The position numbers were made by a program, and so were the translations under genes. The notes beneath the pieces were generated by a model, which had not been told where the DNA came from, did not search any database, and worked only from the letters and a program-made list of their open reading frames with translations. Below are positions 58,129 to 64,000 of a DNA stretch of 64,000 nt, in pieces. Each line of letters opens with the position of its first letter. The stretch's first letter is position 1. The stretch is from Verrucomicrobiota bacterium (GTDB lineage: Bacteria > Verrucomicrobiota > Lentisphaeria > Lentisphaerales > Lentisphaeraceae): the NCBI GenBank assembly GCA_039798785.1, contig JBDKFG010000001.1, forward strand, positions 32,001 through 96,000, written 5' to 3'.

Positions 58129-60081
58129 TCAGGGATGGCGAGGATCCTTGCCGTCCTTCTCCTTGGATTCCGACAGAAAGGCGATCCAGTCGAGCCAGAG
58201 GATCGAGCTGCGGTTGCGGTCCGGAACGATGAAGATCCACAGCTGGGAGCGTCCGGAGGGGTTGTTGTGGAGGGGGATCTCGAACTCCTTCCACTCGCCT
58301 TCGCCGGCTGGGACTGCGAAGCTCCCGAGTCCGGGACCGGCTGGGCTGCCGAGACGGAGGCTGACGGATCCCCCAGCCCCCTGGGTGGCGATCCTTGCCT
58401 TCAATTTCGTGATGCCGCCGAGGTCAAGCCCTTCGACGAGGATCCAGCCGCTGCCGCCAGTGGCGCGCTGGACGGCTCGGGCGCCGCGATGTTCGGCCAG
58501 CTTGACGCCGTCGCCGGCGCCGGCGAATTCGGCTTCGAGGCGGCTGGGATGGCTGAAGGCGCTGCAGTAGAGCTTCTCCGTCTTCAGCTTCTCGAAGGAG
58601 CGCACCTGGATGAGGGCGCTGCGGCCTTTTTCGGCCTGGTTCAAGGAGGTTTCGAAGCTGCGGCCTGGCTCGAAGCTCACCTGGCGGCGGGGCGGAGTCT
58701 GGTCCAGTCCTGAGAAGCGCAGCTCGGCGATGGCTTGGCCCGGAGCGGTCTCGCCTGACTTGCCTCTGGAGATCAGCTGGATCTTCTCGCCGCCCTCGGG
58801 CCGGAGAGAGGAGTCGGGAACCAGGAAGAGCGACAGGGGGTCAATGCCGACGAGGATGCGGCGGGTGGCGACGGCGCTGCCGCCGTGGGAATCCTCGACC
58901 TTGAGCTCGAGTTCGTGAGACCCCTTGTCGGCGAGCAGGAGGGGCAGGCGCTTGTCCCCTGGGAGAGCTTTGGAGTTCAGCTTCCAGGAGAAGGCTAGGG
59001 GGTCGCCGTCCTTATCGGTGCTGCCGGAGGCATCGGCAGTGAGCATCAGAGGGGCCGGGCCCGACTCGGCGGAAAGGCTGAGCTGGATAAGCGGGTCGCG
59101 GTTGCCTCGTTGGTAGGACCAGGCTCGGAGGCGGCCGCCGAGGTGGCCGAGCTGGCTGTCGTCTTCGAGGACGAGGAGGCGCCCCTGGCGGTCGACCAGG
59201 ATGTCGCGGGGGCGGGTGAATTTCAGGAAGGGGAGGAAGACCTTGTGCTCGAATGAGCTGGAGGTGAAGCTTCCGGCGCGGATCCAGTTGCGAGGGCGGT
59301 CGGCGAGGAGGGTGAGCTGGGTGAGTGATGGATGGAAGCGCTCGATGCCGTCCGGCCGGAAGATGCGGGCCTCGGCCCGGCCGAGGCCGAAGCCTTCGAA
59401 GGCGGGGGCAGGGGTGTGGTTGTAGCTCATCATGACGCTGGCCTCGGCGGCGCCAGGCCTGAGGAGCATCAGCCGCTGTCCGGGCGCATCTGGGCCGGCC
59501 GGGGCCTCGGGGCGGTCCTCGCGGGCTTCGGTCCAGGCGAGCTGGCCGTCCGGGAGAGCGAGAAGCGAGCGTACCGGAAACTGGCTCGAGGCACGTTTCG
59601 CCGCGGTGAACGAGTCGCCTCCGATCTCGAGGCTGAAGATGTCGGAGCCTCCGGCGCCATTGGCGCTTGCCGCCAGCAGCTTTTCGCGGTCGCGAGCGAG
59701 GGAGGCAGGGGCGACGCCCGGTAGGAAGCCCAGATGCTGGATCTTTCCGTCTTCGAGGCGGAGAAGCTGGAGCTTGCCATCGGCGAGACGGCTGAGGCAG
59801 ATGCCGGAGCGATCCGAGGCGCGCTGGCCGCAGAGGACTTCTCCGGGAAGCTCGGGCCAGTCGCGAGCGCTACTGACGATGCGGCCGTCGCGCAGGAGGA
59901 CGAGATTCTCGTCGCCGACGGCGAGAAGACAGACCGGATGCTCTAGGCCGTCGAGCAGAACGATCTCCTCGAGCCTGGCGGCTTCGAGGGTTTCCCGTTC
60001 CTGCTCAGGGATTCCGATCGAGCCGGTGTCCTGGCAGGAGCCGAGCAGAGAGATGAAGAGAGCGAGAAGGGGCAGGCGCAT
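58129..60081 (-). CDS. Lipoprotein with a degenerate beta-propeller, PKD domain and CBM6-like domain
   Basis: Lipobox LGSC; DASGSTDKDGDPLAFSW (PKD); RLEAE...DLGGI...SLRLGSP (CBM6-like). Confidence 0.7.
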   Translation of the reverse strand: MRLPLLALFISLLGSCQDTGSIGIPEQERETLEAARLEEIVLLDGLEHPVCLLAVGDENLVLLRDGRIVSSARDWPELPGEVLCGQRASDRSGICLSRLADGKLQLLRLEDGKIQHLGFLPGVAPASLARDREKLLAASANGAGGSDIFSLEIGGDSFTAAKRASSQFPVRSLLALPDGQLAWTEAREDRPEAPAGPDAPGQRLMLLRPGAAEASVMMSYNHTPAPAFEGFGLGRAEARIFRPDGIERFHPSLTQLTLLADRPRNWIRAGSFTSSSFEHKVFLPFLKFTRPRDILVDRQGRLLVLEDDSQLGHLGGRLRAWSYQRGNRDPLIQLSLSAESGPAPLMLTADASGSTDKDGDPLAFSWKLNSKALPGDKRLPLLLADKGSHELELKVEDSHGGSAVATRRILVGIDPLSLFLVPDSSLRPEGGEKIQLISRGKSGETAPGQAIAELRFSGLDQTPPRRQVSFEPGRSFETSLNQAEKGRSALIQVRSFEKLKTEKLYCSAFSHPSRLEAEFAGAGDGVKLAEHRGARAVQRATGGSGWILVEGLDLGGITKLKARIATQGAGGSVSLRLGSPAGPGLGSFAVPAGEGEWKEFEIPLHNNPSGRSQLWIFIVPDRNRSSILWLDWIAFLSESKEKDGKDPRHP

Positions 60082-60243
60082 GGAGGACCTCGGTTGGACA
60101 AGACAATGGAGCCGCGCACCGGCCTTGGTCAAGCCGGGCAAGCCGCGAGTCCAGGCTTTTGCCTTCTCCCGCAGATCTCGCTCAATTCGCATTTGGGCAT
60201 ATTGTTGGCGCCGAACCGCAAGCAACCCAAAACGTCTCAAACC

Positions 60244-61164
60244 ATGAAAATCATCATGACAGCACCGCGCGGATTCTGCGCCGGCGTCGACCGTGCCATC
60301 GCCATCGTCGATGAGGCCATCCGCCTCATGCCGCCGCCCATCTACGTCAATCACGAGATCGTCCACAACTCGCATGTGATCAAATCCTTCCGCGACAAAG
60401 GGGTGATCTTCGTCGAAGATTTGGCGACGGTGCCCGACGGCGCCTCCCTGATCTTCAACGCCCATGGCGTGCCGCCCGCCCTTGTCGAGGAGGCCAGGCG
60501 CCGCGGCATGAAAACCATCGACGCCACCTGCCCTCTGGTCACCAAGGTCCATTTCGAGGCGATCCGTTACGCCAAGGCCGGCTACGACATCATTCTCGTC
60601 GGCCATGCCGGCCATCCTGAAGTCATCGGCGTCCTCGGCGAAGCTCCCGAGCGCATCCACCTGGTGGAGGACGCCGACGCCGTCGCCAGGCTCGACTTCC
60701 CTCCTTCGGCTCGACTCGCCTACATCACCCAGACCACGCTCTCCGTCGATGACTGCCGCGTCGTCGTCGAGGCGCTCAAGCAGCGCTACCCGGCAATCGA
60801 GGAGCCGAAGAAGTCCGACATCTGCTACGCCACCACCAACCGCCAGGAGGCGATCAAGATCGTTGCCGGCGAGGTCCAGGTCTTCCTTATTGTCGGCTCG
60901 CGCAACTCCTCCAATTCCAATCGCCTTCGGGAAGTCTCCGAGGCGGTCGGCTGCCCTGCCTTCCTGGTCAATTCGGCGGAAGAAGTCGATCCCGCCTGGT
61001 TCCGCCCGGAACACACGGTCGGCATCAGCGCCGGAGCCTCCACCCCGGAGCACGTGGTCAAGTCGGTGGTCGAACGCCTTCAGGAGCTCTTTCCGATCGA
61101 AGTCATCGAGGAGCGGGTGACCCGCATCGAAGACGAGAAGTTCTCCCTGCCCCGCTTCCCGTGA
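60244..61164 (+). CDS. ispH: 4-hydroxy-3-methylbut-2-enyl diphosphate reductase
   Basis: PRGFCAGVDRA, HEIVHN, DATCPLVTKVH, QTTLS, ICYATTNRQ, SSNSNRL, AGASTPE. Confidence 0.97.
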   Translation: MKIIMTAPRGFCAGVDRAIAIVDEAIRLMPPPIYVNHEIVHNSHVIKSFRDKGVIFVEDLATVPDGASLIFNAHGVPPALVEEARRRGMKTIDATCPLVTKVHFEAIRYAKAGYDIILVGHAGHPEVIGVLGEAPERIHLVEDADAVARLDFPPSARLAYITQTTLSVDDCRVVVEALKQRYPAIEEPKKSDICYATTNRQEAIKIVAGEVQVFLIVGSRNSSNSNRLREVSEAVGCPAFLVNSAEEVDPAWFRPEHTVGISAGASTPEHVVKSVVERLQELFPIEVIEERVTRIEDEKFSLPRFP

Positions 61165-62045
61165 AGGAGCCGCCGCAGATCGACGGCGTCGCAGCGAGCC
61201 GGCTGCGACTGCCGGATGCTGCCTGCGGAAGGCTCGGGGATTTCCTCTGCCTGCGCTTCCCGCAGATCGATCCGGAGATCTGGCGCCATCGGCTGGATTC
61301 CGGCAAAGTGCTCGATGATGAAGGCCAGCCGCTCCGTTGGCATAGCTCCTGCCGGCCCGCCTCTCTAGTATTCTACTACCGCGAGCCGCCCTCTGAGAAG
61401 CCGGTTCCCTTTGAGGAGGAGATCGTCCATCTCGACGAGCATCTGCTGATCGCCGACAAGCCTCACTTCCTCCCGGTCATACCATCGGGCCGATTCCTCC
61501 GCGAGACGCTGCTGGTCCGCCTCCGGCAGAAAACCGGCCTCGCCGATCTGACGCCGGTGCACCGGATCGATCGCGACACCGCCGGCCTGGTGATCTTCTC
61601 GGTCAGGCCGGAAAGCCGGGGACTCTACACCGCCCTGTTCCAGCGGCGGGCCATCGTCAAGATCTACCAGGCCCTGGCCCCCTGGCGGGCTGAGCTCCAG
61701 CAGCCCCGCCTCCACCGCAGCCTGATGGTCGAAGGCAGCCCGTTTTTCCGGATGCAGGAGATTCCCGGAGAGCCGAATTCCTGCACCCTCGTCAGCATCC
61801 TCGAAAGACGGGGTGATCTGGCTCTCTACCAGCTCCAGCCGGAGAGCGGCCGCAAGCACCAGTTGCGGCTTCACATGGCTTCGCTGGGGGCGGGAATCGT
61901 CAATGATCCCTATTACCCGGTCATGCGCGCCGAGCCGGCTCCTGACGACTTCTCAGCGCCGCTTCAGCTACTCGCCCAGTCCCTTTCCTTCCGCGACCCT
62001 CTGAGCGGATGCGAACGCAGCTTCACCAGCCGCCGCTCCCTCTGA
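61161..62045 (+). CDS. RluA-family pseudouridine synthase
   Basis: DKPHFLPV, HRIDRDTAG, GRKHQLRLHM. Confidence 0.92.
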   Translation: MKEPPQIDGVAASRLRLPDAACGRLGDFLCLRFPQIDPEIWRHRLDSGKVLDDEGQPLRWHSSCRPASLVFYYREPPSEKPVPFEEEIVHLDEHLLIADKPHFLPVIPSGRFLRETLLVRLRQKTGLADLTPVHRIDRDTAGLVIFSVRPESRGLYTALFQRRAIVKIYQALAPWRAELQQPRLHRSLMVEGSPFFRMQEIPGEPNSCTLVSILERRGDLALYQLQPESGRKHQLRLHMASLGAGIVNDPYYPVMRAEPAPDDFSAPLQLLAQSLSFRDPLSGCERSFTSRRSL

Positions 62046-62130
62046 GCGATTCCCGGGAATTCTCCGCCATCCTGCGATGACGCCGCGCCGCCCCGTGATA
62101 AAGTCAACGAGTCAAAACAGGAGCATTCTT

Positions 62131-62502
62131 ATGTCGAGCCCTCAAGCCAAGGTCGATTTCGCCTGCCTGGAATGCAAGCAGCCGGTGATCTTCGACATCC
62201 TCAGCCTGCGCCAGAACGAAGGCCAGGTCGCCTGCAGCCATTGCCACCGCGCCTTCTGCTTCAACGACACCGGCTTCATCACCAAGCTCGCCAAGCTCGA
62301 CCGCCTCCTGCAAACCGTCAAGGAATGCGAAGACATCCTCGGCGACGTCTCGGTCGGGGTCGCCACTTTCAACGGCGAGGTCAAGGTGCCTTACCGCATC
62401 CTTCTGACCCGGCTCAACACGGTCATCACCCTTGAGGTCGGGGATCGCAAGGTCGATTTCCATTTCCGCGTCGAACCGCTCGCCGGCGGCGTCTTCCGCT
62501 GA
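62131..62502 (+). CDS. Hypothetical protein with two CxxC pairs (zinc-ribbon-like)
   Basis: AGGAG RBS; CLEC and CSHC. Confidence 0.75.
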   Translation: MSSPQAKVDFACLECKQPVIFDILSLRQNEGQVACSHCHRAFCFNDTGFITKLAKLDRLLQTVKECEDILGDVSVGVATFNGEVKVPYRILLTRLNTVITLEVGDRKVDFHFRVEPLAGGVFR

Positions 62503-62651
62503 ATCGGCCCGCTTGAGCTCGCCGCCTCTGGAGCTCTGCTTCGGGGGCGGCGGCTTTTCCGAACCCGGCGCGAGAATGGAAGCGCCGCACAGTTGCTCTT
62601 CACCGGCTTAAGGCTAAACTGGGCGAGTCTTTAATTTCCCAGGAGTTCCTC

Positions 62652-63572
62652 ATGGCCGGTAGCAGTTTCTTCATGTTGCTCGATGACATCGCCACCATGC
62701 TCGACGACGTCGCAGTGATGACCAAGGTGGCGGCGAAAAAAACCGCCGGAGTGCTCGGCGACGACTTGGCTCTGAACGCTCAGCAGGTGCAGGGGATTCG
62801 CGCCGAACGCGAACTGCCGGTGGTCTGGGCGGTCGCCAAGGGATCCATGGTCAACAAGGCGATCCTCGTGCCGGCGGCGATGCTGATCAGCGTCTTCGCT
62901 CCCAAGGCGATCATTCCACTCCTGATGATCGGCGGCGCCTACCTGTGTTTTGAAGGAGTCGAAAAGCTCGCCCACAAATTCTTGCATGGCAAAGAAGAAG
63001 ACGAGAAGCACCACCAGGAGCAGGTGGCGGCCCTGGCCAACCCGAATGTCGACATGGTGGCCTTCGAGAAAGATAAGATCAAGGGCGCCATCCGCACAGA
63101 CTTCATCCTCTCTGCCGAAATCATCGTGATTTCACTGGGGACTTTTGGCAAGGATAAGACCTGGGAACTGCAGCTGGGCGTCTTGATCGCTGTGTCGATC
63201 CTGATGACCGTTGGTGTCTATGGCATCGTTGCTGCCATCGTCAAACTCGATGATGTCGGCTTCTGGCTCGAGAAAAAAGCTTCTGCCCTCGCCAAGAAGC
63301 TCGGCCTGGTGCTGATCAGCGCCGCGCCGAAACTGATGAAGTTCCTCTCCGTCGTCGGCACCGCCGCGATGTTCCTGGTCGGCGGCGGCATCATCTGCCA
63401 CGGCATCCACGCCATCTCTCACGCCTTTGAGTCCTGGACTTCCGGCCTGGGCATCTTCACAAAAGCCGCCATCATCGTGCTCGAAGGCATCGCCGGCGTC
63501 ATTGCCGGCGCTATCGTCCTCGGCGCGGTGCTTTTGATCCAGAAGCTCTTCAAGAAGCAGCCCGCCGCCTGA
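62652..63572 (+). CDS. DUF808 (YedI-like) inner-membrane protein
   Basis: LLDDIA..LDDVA, GDDLALNA, RELPVVW, GAIRTDFILSAEI. Confidence 0.92.
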   Translation: MAGSSFFMLLDDIATMLDDVAVMTKVAAKKTAGVLGDDLALNAQQVQGIRAERELPVVWAVAKGSMVNKAILVPAAMLISVFAPKAIIPLLMIGGAYLCFEGVEKLAHKFLHGKEEDEKHHQEQVAALANPNVDMVAFEKDKIKGAIRTDFILSAEIIVISLGTFGKDKTWELQLGVLIAVSILMTVGVYGIVAAIVKLDDVGFWLEKKASALAKKLGLVLISAAPKLMKFLSVVGTAAMFLVGGGIICHGIHAISHAFESWTSGLGIFTKAAIIVLEGIAGVIAGAIVLGAVLLIQKLFKKQPAA

Positions 63573-63596
63573 TCCAAAATTCCATGGAGTTCCGCC

Positions 63597-64000
63597 ATGA
63601 CTTTCTCCCGCCGCTCCCTCTTCGCTGCCGCCCCCTTGGCCTTGGCCGCCTGCAGCAGTTCATCCCAGGCGCCGGCTCAAGCCACGTCGCGGCGCCGTCC
63701 CAATCCGATCGGCGTCTCGTCCTACTCCTTCTGGGGCTTCAACGGCGATCCCGCCCCGGTGGCGCGCTGTCTCGAGCAGGCGGCGGTCATGGGCTTCGAT
63801 GGCTTTGAAGTCCTCGAGAAGCAGATGCTGCCGGAAATCCAGGCCGAAGGCGAAACGGCCTTCCTGCGCCGCCTGAAACGCCGCGCGCTCGATCTCGGGA
63901 TGCCGCTTTTCGCGATGAGCACCCACCAGGATTTCGTCGATCCGGATCCCGCCGAACGCCGCAAGAACATCGCCATCACGACGCAGAGTCTGGAGCGTGC
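63597..64000 (+). CDS. Sugar-phosphate isomerase/epimerase (xylose-isomerase-like TIM barrel) with Tat-lipoprotein signal, truncated by window edge
   Basis: Own translation: MTFSRRSLFAAAPLALAAC...PIGVSSYSFW...AAVMGFDGFEVL...STHQDF. Confidence 0.8.
   Translation, partial: MTFSRRSLFAAAPLALAACSSSSQAPAQATSRRRPNPIGVSSYSFWGFNGDPAPVARCLEQAAVMGFDGFEVLEKQMLPEIQAEGETAFLRRLKRRALDLGMPLFAMSTHQDFVDPDPAERRKNIAITTQSLER

Noticed and set aside
60082..61053. N-terminal third of the 974-aa ORF 58129-61053
   Set aside because: It is antisense to ispH; the lipoprotein signal peptide places the true start at 60081.

Overview
GC-rich bacterial chromosomal window. A PVC-superphylum (Lentisphaerae-like) origin is inferred from the prepilin-type protein and repeat families, not proven. 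Most of it is housekeeping or envelope genes: rsmA, hldE, hldD, htpX, aminopeptidase P, nrtR, rlmB, ilvC, efp-epmA, purB, queD-like, HU/IHF, terC, ispH, and RsmB- and RluA-family enzymes. The standout is at 1.9-7.9 kb. A sigma-54 activator rtcR is divergent from a Ro60/TROVE gene (rsr), which is followed by a compact array of seven Y-RNA-like hairpin RNAs (6917-7832). All seven share a covarying scaffold (outer stem, ATGCC/CTCG internal loop, inner stem) but carry different internal modules. Three are circularly permuted tRNA mimics with different D-arms, one is a T-arm plus acceptor minihelix, and three are non-tRNA modules. No rtcB or rtcA is in the window. Also notable: an uncharacterised DUF3419/GNAT-like/heme-oxygenase-like/membrane-protein cluster, a split ynbABCD-like lipid cluster with an Rpn-like gene inside it, a five-gene aryl-polyene-type fragment, an arsR-arsC-aquaporin operon, a deletion scar joining a zeta-toxin-like start to an SGNH hydrolase tail, and several intergenic repeat families, including two 138-bp elements with terminal inverted repeats. 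All calls come from reading the sequence by eye; no searches were run.
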